Positions 24,625 through 34,120 of a stretch of 39,654 bases of DNA are shown here, in pieces. The notes under the pieces were generated by a model that was given only the letters and a program-made list of their open reading frames with translations, was not told where the DNA came from and did not search any database. Positions within the stretch are counted from its first letter, which is position 1. Every line of letters begins with the position of its first letter. The DNA comes from a virus: the IMG/VR virus record IMGVR_UViG_3300046506_000191; one strand, written 5' to 3'. Made by a program: the position numbers and the translations under genes.

Positions 24625-24755
24625 TCGCGCACCTCCTGCACATCGGCCCCGCCGAGCTCGAAGCGCTGCCGCGTGCCCGCTTCCTCCAGGCCGTGGTCTG
24701 GGCCGAACGACACGTGGCCGCGCAAGCGCAGTCCCAAGCAGCTGGAGGTGAGTGA
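24139..24755 (+). CDS. Tail assembly chaperone frameshift product (G-T-like): join 24139..24540, 24540..24755
   Basis: The -1 frame encodes ...LLDEYWPLIAHLLHIGPAELEALPRARFLQAVVWAERH. It ends one nt into the tape measure start. Confidence 0.6.
24534..24540 (+). other. -1 programmed frameshift slippery heptamer C_CCA_AAA
   Basis: The zero-frame codons are tcC CCA AAA. The -1 frame stays open to TGA at 24753-24755. Confidence 0.65.
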
Positions 24756-27700
24756 TGCCCAGCACCAGCCTGACGTTCACGCTGGAGGGCCGCGACCGGC
24801 TCAGCCGCATCCTCGACAACGCGGGCGACTCCGCGAGCGACCTGGAGAAGAAGCTCGCCATGGTCGGGGCGGCGATCCCCGCGGCCGCCGCCCTGGCTCC
24901 GCTCGTCGCGCAGACCGGCGCGGCAGCGGTGGCGGTGGCCGCCTTCGGCGCGGCGATCGTCCCGCAGATCGGCGCTCTGTCGGATGCAAGCCAGGCGCAG
25001 AAGAAGTACGAGGACGCGGTCGCCAAGTCGGGCGCCACGTCCGAGGATGCGATCACCGCGCAGCTGGCGTTCCAGCGGCAGATGGCGAAGATGCCGCCCG
25101 CTTCCCGTGAGGCTGCGGCTGGGCTGTCGACGCTGAAGAAGGAGTACCAGGGCTGGTCGGACGGCCTGGCCAAGGACACCATGCCCGTCTTCACCAAGGG
25201 TCTGGCGGTGGCCTCGGCGATGCTGCCGAAGCTGACCCCGCTGGTGAAGGGTGCCTCGACCGAGCTGAACCGCTTCATGACCGTGGTGGCCGGCGGGGTG
25301 AACACCTCCGCCTTCGACAAGATCAGCAGCAAGTTCTCGGACTTCGCGACGGGGTCTTTGAAGCGGGCGAACGACGGGCTGATCCACCTGCTGCGCACCT
25401 TCGACACCGCCAAGGTCGGCGGCTCCCTGTCGCAGTTCATGGACTACGCACGCCAGCAGGGCCCGATGCTGGCCAGCACGCTGAAGAACGTCGCCACCGC
25501 GGCGCTCAACCTGCTGCAGGCGGCCTCCGGTGTGGGCGTGGGCCTGCTGCAGCTGGCGAACGCCGCGGCCAAGGTGGTGGCTGCTCTGCCGCCCGGGTTC
25601 ATCACGGTGCTGATGCAGACCGCCCTCGCGATCCGGGCCGTCACCCTGGCCACCAAGGGGATCCAGCTGGCGGCCGGGGCCTACGCCCTGGTGCGCGCAC
25701 AGATCGCGGCCATGGGCACCGCTGCCATCGGGGCGTCCGGGGCTGTCGGCACGCTGCGGGCCATGTTCATGGCGCTGAGCGTCTCGGCCCGGGCCGCCGT
25801 CGCGGCGACCGGTATCGGTCTGCTGGTGGTCGCGCTGGTCGAGCTGGCGTCGCTCGGCAAGAAAGCGCCGCCGGACGTGGACAAGTTGACCACGGCGCTC
25901 GGCAAGCTCGGCCAGACCGGGCAGGTCACCGGTGAAGCGGCAGCCCAGTTCGGCACGCACTTCGAGAAGCTGAAGTCCCAGATCGACAAGGTGATCGATC
26001 CCAGCGTCGCGGAGAGCATCAACAACTGGGGCGCCAAGTGGTCGGGCGGGCTGCTGAGCGCTGGCGACGCCACGGAGGAGCTGACCGGGTCCTTCACGTC
26101 GATCGACGAGTCTCTCGCCAACATGGTCAGGGGCGGCAACGCCAAGATGGCCGCAGCGGCGCTCAAGAACATGCTCAGCACCATGAAGCCCGAGCAGGTC
26201 AAGAAGCTGCAAGGGAGCCTCGACAAGTACAAGGACGCTTTGGCCGACCAGAAGTTCGAGCAGGACTTGGCCGCTGAGTCGATGGGCCTCTTCGGCGCGC
26301 AGGCACAGAAGACGCAGGCCGCGCTCGCCGAGCAGCAGCGGAGCGCCGACGGGCTCCGGCAGTCGATCATGGCGCTCAATGAGGCGCACCGGTCGGCGTT
26401 CGACGCCGACACGAAATTTGCGGCGGCGATCGACAACGTCGCCAAGTCCCTCAAGGACAACGGCAAGACCCTCGACATCAACACGGAGAAGGGTCGAGCA
26501 AACCGGGACGCCCTCTCTCAGCTCGCCTCGGCGACCGAGGAGTCCGCGGCGCAGGCCCGCGCGAACGGTGCCTCGTGGTCAACCGTCTCAGGTATCTACG
26601 ACAAGGGCCGCAAATCCCTGATCGACAACGCCTACGCAATCACGGGAAACCGGAAGGAGGCGAAAGCGCTCGCCGATCAGCTCCTTCGGACGCCCGACAA
26701 GACGGCGCGGTTGAAGGGCAATCTGGACGACCTCAAGTCGAAGTTGGACGAGGCCGCAAAGCGTTTGAAGAACGCGCCGTCGTCGAAGCAGACGGCGATC
26801 AGGGGCAACATCGACGACCTCAAGTTCAAGATCAGCGAGGCGCAGCGTCGGCTGAACGCGATCGACGGCAAGACGGCCGTGACGTATGTCGTAATGAAGA
26901 CGACGACGTCGAACGCGGGGACCGTCTTTCACGAGGGCGGCAACTACGCCAGCGGCGGCCCCATCGGATTCCCCGGCGGCGGCCCGATCAGCGGTCCGGG
27001 AACGGGCACCTCGGACAGCATTCCGATCATGGCCTCGAACGGCGAGTACGTGATCAACGCACGTTCGACCGCCAAGTACCGCAGCCTCATTGAGGCCATC
27101 AACGCCGGCACCCTCGGCGGTGGACGCGGCATGCCCGGCGCGGGCGCGGCTGTGGCGCAGGGCCTCATGTCCGGCATGGCCGGAGCAACGTCCGGGGTCG
27201 GCACGGCTGCCCGGACCATGGCGGCGGCCGTCGTGGCCGGCGTCAAGGGCGAGCTGCAGATCGCGTCTCCGTCGAAGAAGATGAAGGCGCTGGCCGCGGA
27301 CATCGGTAAGGGCTTGATCGTCGGTCTCACTGGATCCCAGGCCAAGATCAAGTCGGTGGCGGCTGACCTGGCGAAGGACATCCGCACCGCGTTCAGCGGG
27401 AAGAAGGAATCCCACCTCGTCGCCTACGTCAACAAGCAGACGGGCAAACTGCTCGCCGCGGCGAAGAAGCGGGACGCCATCGCGGCGAAGATCGCCGAGG
27501 CGAGGAAGTACGCGTCCGACGTGACGACCGCGGCCCGCGAGAGCGCCGGTCTGTCCAACCTGGGCATGGAGCCCGAGCAGGTCACGGCGGGCGGTATCAA
27601 GGCCGGGCTGGCGGGCAAGCTCGCGCAGATCAACCAGTTCACGAAGTACATCGGGATCCTTGCGAAGAAGGGCCTGAGCAAAGGTCTGTTGAGGCAGATC

Positions 27701-28273
27701 CTCGACATGGGCCCGGATGCTGGATACGCCTACGCCTCGGCGCTCGTCGGCGCGGACAAGGCGACCTTCGCATCCATCAACAAGACGCAGAACGCCGTCG
27801 ACAAGGCGAGCACGGCGCTCGGGCGGTCCGGTGCCGACATCCTGTACGACTCGGGCAAGCAGGCCGGGAAGGGGTTCCTGAAGGGACTGGAGGGCCAGCA
27901 GAAGGACATCGAGAAGCTGATGATGTCCATCGCCAAGGGCATGCAGAAGGCGATCAAGAAGGCCCTCGGCATCAAGTCCCCGTCCACCGTCATGGCCCAG
28001 CTCGGCCGCTACTCCACGCAGGGTCTGGCCCGCGGCCTGGTCGACGGGGTGCCCGTCCTCGACCGCGCCCTCGACGTGGTCACCGGCCGGGTGGCCGGCG
28101 CGCAGCCCGTCATCGGCCGCCCCGCAGTCAGGGCGGGCGGAGGGGGCGTCGTCATCAACCTCACCGTCGAGGTACGGCCCGGCGCCGACGCCCAAGCGGT
28201 GTGGCGGGAGATCCGGCAAGGCCTGCTCTCCCTCAAGCGCGGCAACGGCGGCGGCAGCCTCGGCCTGGCCTGA
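24755..28273 (+). CDS. Tail tape measure protein
   Basis: 1,172 aa. Ala/Gly/Lys-rich helical repeats with hydrophobic central segments. ATG after GGAGGTG. Confidence 0.9.
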   Translation: MPSTSLTFTLEGRDRLSRILDNAGDSASDLEKKLAMVGAAIPAAAALAPLVAQTGAAAVAVAAFGAAIVPQIGALSDASQAQKKYEDAVAKSGATSEDAITAQLAFQRQMAKMPPASREAAAGLSTLKKEYQGWSDGLAKDTMPVFTKGLAVASAMLPKLTPLVKGASTELNRFMTVVAGGVNTSAFDKISSKFSDFATGSLKRANDGLIHLLRTFDTAKVGGSLSQFMDYARQQGPMLASTLKNVATAALNLLQAASGVGVGLLQLANAAAKVVAALPPGFITVLMQTALAIRAVTLATKGIQLAAGAYALVRAQIAAMGTAAIGASGAVGTLRAMFMALSVSARAAVAATGIGLLVVALVELASLGKKAPPDVDKLTTALGKLGQTGQVTGEAAAQFGTHFEKLKSQIDKVIDPSVAESINNWGAKWSGGLLSAGDATEELTGSFTSIDESLANMVRGGNAKMAAAALKNMLSTMKPEQVKKLQGSLDKYKDALADQKFEQDLAAESMGLFGAQAQKTQAALAEQQRSADGLRQSIMALNEAHRSAFDADTKFAAAIDNVAKSLKDNGKTLDINTEKGRANRDALSQLASATEESAAQARANGASWSTVSGIYDKGRKSLIDNAYAITGNRKEAKALADQLLRTPDKTARLKGNLDDLKSKLDEAAKRLKNAPSSKQTAIRGNIDDLKFKISEAQRRLNAIDGKTAVTYVVMKTTTSNAGTVFHEGGNYASGGPIGFPGGGPISGPGTGTSDSIPIMASNGEYVINARSTAKYRSLIEAINAGTLGGGRGMPGAGAAVAQGLMSGMAGATSGVGTAARTMAAAVVAGVKGELQIASPSKKMKALAADIGKGLIVGLTGSQAKIKSVAADLAKDIRTAFSGKKESHLVAYVNKQTGKLLAAAKKRDAIAAKIAEARKYASDVTTAARESAGLSNLGMEPEQVTAGGIKAGLAGKLAQINQFTKYIGILAKKGLSKGLLRQILDMGPDAGYAYASALVGADKATFASINKTQNAVDKASTALGRSGADILYDSGKQAGKGFLKGLEGQQKDIEKLMMSIAKGMQKAIKKALGIKSPSTVMAQLGRYSTQGLARGLVDGVPVLDRALDVVTGRVAGAQPVIGRPAVRAGGGGVVINLTVEVRPGADAQAVWREIRQGLLSLKRGNGGGSLGLA

Positions 28274-28284
28274 AAGGGGGCATC

Positions 28285-30714
28285 GTGACCCGTCCGATCG
28301 TCGAGATCGCCTTCGGCTACAGCCTGACCTCCGCATCCCCGGTGCGGACGGACATCACCCAGTACGTCGACCTCGCCGAGTCGGGGATCTCCGTCACCCG
28401 GGGCGCCCAGGACGAGCTGTCCGAGACCCAGCCCGGCACGGCCACCCTGACCCTGGACAACAGCGACGGGCGGTTCACCGCCGCCCGGACGGCGTCGCCC
28501 TACTACCCGAACGTCAAGAAGAACGTGCCCATCTGGGTCTCCATCGCCACCATGGACGTGACCACCGGGGCCGCGCCCTGGCCGATCGCCCAGCTCAGCG
28601 ACGACTTCGACGACGGCCGCATCAACACCTTCCTGTGGGCGAACAACTTCAACGCCGTCAGCGAGAGTGGCGGCCGTGCCCGCATTCCCTGCGCTGCGGG
28701 CGTGTTCGCCGGATTCCAGTCGTCCCGGTCCTGGACGCTGACGGGCAGCCAGGTCAACGTGAAGGTGGCCACGCTGCCCGCTCCGGGCGCCGCGGCCACC
28801 TGCACGGCCGGGATCTTCGTCAACTCGGTCACCGCCGGCACGCGGATCGCCTTCGAGCACAACCGGGTCACCGGGCAAATCCGGTGCGGCTCGGACGTGG
28901 GCTACACGGACGGGGCGGCGACCGTACTGACCTACGATCCCGCCCTGCACGGCTGGCTGCGGATCCGTGAGGCGGGCGGCACTCTGTACTGGGAGACGTC
29001 CCGCGACGGCGCGGTATGGACGGTGCGCCGCTCAATCGCCACCCCGGCCTGGGTGGGCACCGACACGGTGACGTTCTCCATGGAGTCGAACCGCGACGCC
29101 GGAACCGGGGACGTCTTCGAGGTCGAGATGGCCGGCGCCACGGTGCATCCCCGCTTCTTCGGCATGGTCAACGAGTGGCCCCTCGAATGGGAGGGCCTCA
29201 ACTCGAAGGTCACCATCCCCTGCACGGACGCGGTCAAGTGGGCCGGCATCAACAAGCAGTTGCGGCCGATGCTGGTGGAGGAGATCCTCCTCGACCGGCC
29301 TATCGCCTACTTCCCGCTGTCGGAGCCGGCCGACTCCACCACGGCCGGGGACCTGTCGGGAACGCCGGGCGTCGGCACGCTGTCCATCGTCCAGGCCGGC
29401 AGTGGCGGCACGCTCACCTTCGACTCGGGCACCGGCCCGTCGGACGATCTGGGCTGCCCCACCTTCACCCCGGCTTCGATCAGCGCGGGCAAATACCTGA
29501 CCGCCGACCTGGGGCAGGGGTTCGTCGACGCCAACCTGAACTACCGGGTGCGCTGCGAGGCATGGTTCACGACGTCGACCAACGGCCGCGTGCTGATGGC
29601 ACTGGCATCGACGGACCTCGGAACAAAAATGATCGTCCTGCTGGAGTCGGGCACCGGGAAACTGGTGGTGGAGAAAGACCAGTACGGGGCGGGCACCCAG
29701 ACCTACACGTTCGCCACCCCGAACCTGGCCGACGGCCTCTTGCATCACATCGTCTACAACGAGTTCGCCAACGAGCTGTACGTCGACGGCGTGCTGTACA
29801 CACTGACCGCCTTCAACGGCACCGACCTGCGGACCCTGACCGTGGGCGGCTTCGCCGGCACCAGGCTGTGGGCGGGCACGATCGCCCAGGTCGCTATCTA
29901 CTTCCGGTCGGTCACCTCCCCCGAGCTCGTCACCCACTACACGACCGGCACGACCGAGCACATCGGCGAAGCCGCGGATGTCCGCATGGCCCGCCTCGCC
30001 TCCTACGTCGGACTCACCGTGACCGCCCAAGGATCGCCGTTCGACGCCATGGCCTCACAGAAAGCCCTCGGCCAGGAGGCGCTGACACACATGCGCCAGA
30101 TCGAGACCACCGAGAGCGGGAAACTGCTCGCCTCGCGGTCCGATCCGTCCCTCGTCTTCCAGAGCCGCGGCCTGCGCTACAACCCGATGCCGGCGATCTC
30201 GCTGGAGTACGCGGACCTGGAGACCAACGGCGTGAAGTACGCCGACGACGACCAGAAAATGATCAACATTGTGGAGGCGTCGCGGCAGGGAGGCGCCACC
30301 CAGCGCATCATCAATCAGACCGCGGTGAGCACCTACGGCCCGTACAAGCAGACCCTGGACCTGTTCAAGAACAGCGACAACTCGGCCACGGACGCGGCGA
30401 ACTGGCTCGTCAGCAGGTACTCGGACCCCCCGCCGGAAATCCGGCAGGTCCCCGTCGAGGCGTACAGCATGCCGCTGGCAACCTACCGAGCGCTGCTTGC
30501 CGCCGACGTGTCCACCGTGCTGACCCTGACCGGCCTGCCCGACCAGGCCCCGGCCGCGACCGCGACCGTCACCGTCGAGGGCTACACCGAGACGATCAGC
30601 CTGAGCCGCCACCTCATCGACTTCCACACCAGCCGCGCCGACACCGACAACGTGTGGATCCTCGACGACTCCACGTACTCGGTGCTCGGCTCCACCACAC
30701 GACTGGCCTACTAG
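28285..30714 (+). CDS. Minor tail protein: distal-tail (Dit-like) N-domain with inserted ConA/LamG-like lectin domains
   Basis: GTG after AAGGGGG. The N-terminus PIVEIAFG ... GTATLTLDN resembles the phage tail family. LHHIVYNEFANELYVDGVLY ... IAQVAIYFR is LamG-like. Confidence 0.7.
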   Translation: MTRPIVEIAFGYSLTSASPVRTDITQYVDLAESGISVTRGAQDELSETQPGTATLTLDNSDGRFTAARTASPYYPNVKKNVPIWVSIATMDVTTGAAPWPIAQLSDDFDDGRINTFLWANNFNAVSESGGRARIPCAAGVFAGFQSSRSWTLTGSQVNVKVATLPAPGAAATCTAGIFVNSVTAGTRIAFEHNRVTGQIRCGSDVGYTDGAATVLTYDPALHGWLRIREAGGTLYWETSRDGAVWTVRRSIATPAWVGTDTVTFSMESNRDAGTGDVFEVEMAGATVHPRFFGMVNEWPLEWEGLNSKVTIPCTDAVKWAGINKQLRPMLVEEILLDRPIAYFPLSEPADSTTAGDLSGTPGVGTLSIVQAGSGGTLTFDSGTGPSDDLGCPTFTPASISAGKYLTADLGQGFVDANLNYRVRCEAWFTTSTNGRVLMALASTDLGTKMIVLLESGTGKLVVEKDQYGAGTQTYTFATPNLADGLLHHIVYNEFANELYVDGVLYTLTAFNGTDLRTLTVGGFAGTRLWAGTIAQVAIYFRSVTSPELVTHYTTGTTEHIGEAADVRMARLASYVGLTVTAQGSPFDAMASQKALGQEALTHMRQIETTESGKLLASRSDPSLVFQSRGLRYNPMPAISLEYADLETNGVKYADDDQKMINIVEASRQGGATQRIINQTAVSTYGPYKQTLDLFKNSDNSATDAANWLVSRYSDPPPEIRQVPVEAYSMPLATYRALLAADVSTVLTLTGLPDQAPAATATVTVEGYTETISLSRHLIDFHTSRADTDNVWILDDSTYSVLGSTTRLAY

Positions 30715-30723
30715 GAGGTGCAG

Positions 30724-31161
30724 ATGATCCCCGTCGAGCGCGCCGAATCGTTCTACCTCCCGCCGCCGGATCAGCCGCCGGACGCATGGGCGCTGGTGCC
30801 TGCAGCTGAACGCGTCTTCCGCTGGGTCGAGCTGCGGCAGCAACGTCGCCTCAGCCCGCCCGACGGGTTCATGCTCGGGCACCTGGTCTACGCCCGGATC
30901 AACCACGGCCGGTGGGTGGCGGACTGCCCGTGCGGGTCCGCCCAGGTGGTCACCCCGGCGGACCCGCGGGTCGCCTGCACGGAGTGCGGGGCGGGCTGGT
31001 TCCGCCTCATCGTCCCCGAGGACCCCGCGGCGGTGGAGGCGTCGGTAGCCGACGACCTGCCGCACGAACGCAACTGGTGGAACCCCGACGATCCCGACCC
31101 GTGGGGCGCACCGTCTGAGCCGGTCGCCGTCCAGCCGCAACGGGAGGCGACGACGTCATGA
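30724..31161 (+). CDS. Hypothetical tail-associated protein with zinc-ribbon (CPCG ... CTECG)
   Basis: ATG 5 nt after AGGAGG. GTG 30718 is an alternative start. Confidence 0.6.
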   Translation: MIPVERAESFYLPPPDQPPDAWALVPAAERVFRWVELRQQRRLSPPDGFMLGHLVYARINHGRWVADCPCGSAQVVTPADPRVACTECGAGWFRLIVPEDPAAVEASVADDLPHERNWWNPDDPDPWGAPSEPVAVQPQREATTS

Positions 31162-31688
31162 CGTTCGCACCACGCACCTGGGTGGTCGGCGAGGTGGTCA
31201 CCGCCGCCCTCCTGAACAGCGAGATCCGCGACCAGTTCAACACCATGTTCGGCGCCTGGACCGACTACACCCCCACATGGATCGCCGAGAGCGGCGGCAC
31301 CCCGGCCGTCAACAACGGAACGCTCACCGGCCGCTACCTGAAGACCGGCCGAACGGTCCACTTCCTCACCAAATTGACCGTCGGCAGCACGACGACATTC
31401 GGCAACGCCAACGCCAACTGGGCGTTCGGCCTGCCCGCCTCCCCGTCAGCCGCCTACAACGGTGCCCGCGGGGCGAACGTGTCGTTCCGCCTTTCAGGCA
31501 CAGGCGAGGCCCGCGGCTCGGGTGAGATCTCCACGAACAACAGCGGCACCGTCCGCAACCTCGCAGGCGGCAGCGTCTTCAGTACCACCAACCAGCTAGA
31601 CAACACCGTCTGGGACCAGTCCAATCCCATGACCGCAGCAGCTGGCATGACCGTCGCCATCAGCGGCACCTACGAAGCCGCCAACTGA
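31158..31688 (+). CDS. Minor tail protein / receptor-binding candidate
   Basis: ATGA-coupled. The N-terminus RTWVVGEVVTAALLNSEIRDQF is typical of actinophage minor tail proteins. Confidence 0.65.
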   Translation: MTFAPRTWVVGEVVTAALLNSEIRDQFNTMFGAWTDYTPTWIAESGGTPAVNNGTLTGRYLKTGRTVHFLTKLTVGSTTTFGNANANWAFGLPASPSAAYNGARGANVSFRLSGTGEARGSGEISTNNSGTVRNLAGGSVFSTTNQLDNTVWDQSNPMTAAAGMTVAISGTYEAAN

Positions 31689-31703
31689 CCCGCAGCACCA
31701 CCT

Positions 31704-31731
31704 AGAGCCCCGAGCCGCCGGCCGGGGCTTT
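31704..31731 (+). terminator. Terminator after the tail genes
   Basis: AGAGCCCCG pairs with CGGGGCTTT (9 bp incl. one G-U) and there are inner GCC/GGC pairs. It is followed by CTTC. Confidence 0.55.
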
Positions 31732-31759
31732 CTTCATGCCCAGAAAGGGGCCCGCCCTC

Positions 31760-32614
31760 ATGTCCACTCCTGCCTGGCGCCGCCTGGTCGACCACGTGAT
31801 GGCCGTCCCCGAGCGCGTCTACGAGCACTGGAACAGCCGCGACGGCTGGGACAACCGCACCGCGTTCGGCACGGAATATGGCTGGGACGGCGTCGCCTGG
31901 TGCATGGAATGGGACTGGGACATGTTCCACGACGTCGGCCTCGACAAGCTCGTGCCCAAGACCGCGTCAGTCGCGGCGATGTGGCAGTGGGCCAAGGACC
32001 ACGATCTGGATACCCAGTACCCCTCTATAGGAGCCCTGGTCAACTTCGGCCGCGGCTCCCACACCGAGATCGTCATCGGATTCAACGAGACCACGGTCTT
32101 CACCAAGGGTGGCAACTCGGTGAAGGCCGGGGCCACCGACAACGGCCAGGGCAACGGGGTCTGGAGCCACGAGCACCCCCGCCACAGCGACTACATCACC
32201 GGCTACCTGGCACCGGTGTTCGCCGATGGGTGCCCGCCCACCGCAGACCCGCACGACCGGCGCGGCGGCAAGGCGGTCGCGTCCTGGCGCTGGTCGCCGC
32301 CCGCCCCGGCGGTGAAGCCGTCCGTGTCCCTCGCGCACGTCGTGTACGCCGCGCGGCACGACCCGGCGGCGCCGCAGGGCCACACCTCGCACAAGGCCGA
32401 AGTCCTCCTCGTCGAGAAGGCACTGAAGGCGGAAGGCCTGCTCGAGGCCCAGTACGTCGACGGCTCCTTCGGCACGCTCACCGTCACCGCGTATGCCCGC
32501 TGGCAGCGCTCCCCGGCAGGCGGCGGCTACACCGGCTCGGCCGCCGACGGCATACCCGGCAAGACCTCCCTCAAGCTGCTCGCCGCCCGCCACGGCTTCC
32601 AGGTGGTGTCGTGA
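31760..32614 (+). CDS. Endolysin: N-terminal CHAP/NlpC-P60-like amidase/peptidase with C-terminal PG_binding_1-like domain
   Basis: GVAWCMEWDW (catalytic Cys) and GSHTEIVIG (His). The C-terminus has VLLVEKALKAEGLL ... VDGSFG ... DGIPGKTSLKLL. ATG 31736 is an alternative start. Confidence 0.75.
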   Translation: MSTPAWRRLVDHVMAVPERVYEHWNSRDGWDNRTAFGTEYGWDGVAWCMEWDWDMFHDVGLDKLVPKTASVAAMWQWAKDHDLDTQYPSIGALVNFGRGSHTEIVIGFNETTVFTKGGNSVKAGATDNGQGNGVWSHEHPRHSDYITGYLAPVFADGCPPTADPHDRRGGKAVASWRWSPPAPAVKPSVSLAHVVYAARHDPAAPQGHTSHKAEVLLVEKALKAEGLLEAQYVDGSFGTLTVTAYARWQRSPAGGGYTGSAADGIPGKTSLKLLAARHGFQVVS

Positions 32615-33171
32615 CAGCCATCGACTACGACCTGGAGTTCCTGGAGGACGGCAAGACCATCGAGCTGATCTCCATCGGCATGGTGTGCGACGACGGCCGC
32701 GAGTACTACGCCGTCAACTCGGACATGCCCGTGAAGAGCATCCGAAGGCACGAGTGGCTCATGGCAAATGTCGTCCCTCACCTGCCCCACGGGCACGGAG
32801 ACCGCCGCAACCACCTGCCGCGTAGGTGGCTGATCGACTACTTCGACCCGACGGTGAAGGCTCGCAAGACCATCGCTGCAGAAGTGGCCGCCTTCATTCA
32901 GGACGCGGGGCCCGAGGTCGAGCTGTGGGCGAACTACGGGGCCTACGACCACGTCGCGCTCGCGCAGCTGTGGGGCCCGATGATCGCCCTCCCCGACGGC
33001 GTACCGATGTTCACCAACGACATTCAGCAGGAACGCGCCCGCCTCGGCCTCGCCTGGGACGACCTGCCCAAGCAGGAGAGCGGCGAGCACAACGCGCTCG
33101 CCGACGCCCGCCACAACCAGACCGTCCGGCGCTGGCTCGCCGCCCGGCACGGCTTCACCGTCACCGACTGA
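32611..33171 (+). CDS. DEDD-type 3'-5' exoribonuclease (Rv2179c-like)
   Basis: GTGA-coupled. DLEFLEDG ... ELISIG ... YGAYDHVAL ... HNALADARH gives the DEDDh Exo I/II/III pattern. Confidence 0.65.
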   Translation: MTAIDYDLEFLEDGKTIELISIGMVCDDGREYYAVNSDMPVKSIRRHEWLMANVVPHLPHGHGDRRNHLPRRWLIDYFDPTVKARKTIAAEVAAFIQDAGPEVELWANYGAYDHVALAQLWGPMIALPDGVPMFTNDIQQERARLGLAWDDLPKQESGEHNALADARHNQTVRRWLAARHGFTVTD

Positions 33172-33183
33172 AAGAGCGCCACC

Positions 33184-33411
33184 ATGAAGGACACCTCCAA
33201 GCGCACCGTTCGCACGGTGCTACAGGCGGCGGTCGGCTTCGCTGTCGCGCTGCCTGGGATTGTCGCCGCGTCCGGCGTCCCCGCGGCCCTGCCCTGGGTC
33301 GCCGGATCGCTGGCGGTCGCGGGCGGCTTCGCCCGCGTCATGGCGCTGCCTGGCGTGCAGCAGCTGCTGCCCGCGTGGCTGCGCACCGACGACACGGCGA
33401 GCCGCCAGTGA
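33184..33411 (+). CDS. Holin (two-TM, actinophage type)
   Basis: KRTVRTVLQAAVGFAVALPGIVAA ... LPWVAGSLAVAGGFARV. Lies in the lysis cassette. Confidence 0.7.
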   Translation: MKDTSKRTVRTVLQAAVGFAVALPGIVAASGVPAALPWVAGSLAVAGGFARVMALPGVQQLLPAWLRTDDTASRQ

Positions 33412-33662
33412 CCACGCCGGAGCCGAGGGACGTCGCGCTCGAGCTGGAGCGGCTACGCGGCACCGTCGAGGCCGGGTTCGCCCGCGTCGACGGACAGCTC
33501 GCGCTGCTGGTGCAGCGCGGCGACCAGACCGACAAGCGGCTCGACGACCATGAACGGCGCCTGGACGCGATCGAGCAAACGCGGTGGCCGCTGCCCACCA
33601 TCGGCATCCTCGCCGGCCTGGCGGGCGCGGCCACCGGCGCCATCGCCCTGTTCGCCCGCTGA
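33408..33662 (+). CDS. Lysis-cassette membrane protein (coiled-coil plus C-terminal TM)
   Basis: GTGA-coupled. C-terminal LPTIGILAGLAGAATGAIALFA. Confidence 0.6.
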   Translation: MTTPEPRDVALELERLRGTVEAGFARVDGQLALLVQRGDQTDKRLDDHERRLDAIEQTRWPLPTIGILAGLAGAATGAIALFAR

Positions 33663-33668
33663 CAACAC

Positions 33669-33709
33669 ATCGCCCCCTGCACGGTCATGACGGCCGTGCG
33701 GGGGGCGAT
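33669..33709. terminator. Bidirectional terminator between convergent genes
   Basis: 16-bp stem (one G-U) pairing 33669-33684 with 33694-33709, around a 9-nt loop. Confidence 0.65.
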
Positions 33710-33724
33710 TCGTCATGCCCGGAG

Positions 33725-33970
33725 TCAATCAGCCGGCGGCTGGTCGACGACGAACGTGCCGATGCCCGTCTCGCCCCTGAGGTACCCCTCGGTCCGCAGG
33801 TACGCGAGGGCCTTCTGGCTCGTCGACGACGCGATGCCCAACTCGGTCGCAAGTTCCAGCGTGGATGGCACGCGGGACCCCGGCGGATACGTCCCGTCCT
33901 TGATGCGGCCGATGACGATCTGCGCGACCTGCTTCCATACGGCCCGCGTCCGGTCAAGATCAGCGCTCAT
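33725..33970 (-). CDS. GntR-type winged-helix regulator lacking an effector domain
   Basis: VWKQVAQIVIGRIKDGTYPPGSRVPSTLELATELGIASSTSQKALAYLRTEGYL is a canonical GntR N-domain. The start is ATG 33970 or TTG 34015. Confidence 0.7.
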   Translation of the reverse strand: MSADLDRTRAVWKQVAQIVIGRIKDGTYPPGSRVPSTLELATELGIASSTSQKALAYLRTEGYLRGETGIGTFVVDQPPAD

Positions 33971-34120
33971 GTACTGGACCGTAGGTTCCCGCGCTATACC
34001 GCGCGACTGCGGCAACCCTCAGCAAAGCGCAGTAAGGCGCGGTAAGGTCCGAATACTGAAAACCCCCGCGGCCGCGCAAACGACCCGGGGGCATGGACGA
34101 CGCTACGGAGGAGCGACGAC

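Noticed and set aside
22518-28336. Three long minus-strand ORFs (22518..24737, 24476..26389, 26588..28336) across the tail genes
   Set aside because: They are antisense shadows of the tube, chaperone and tape-measure genes. They have no start context and a low-complexity composition.
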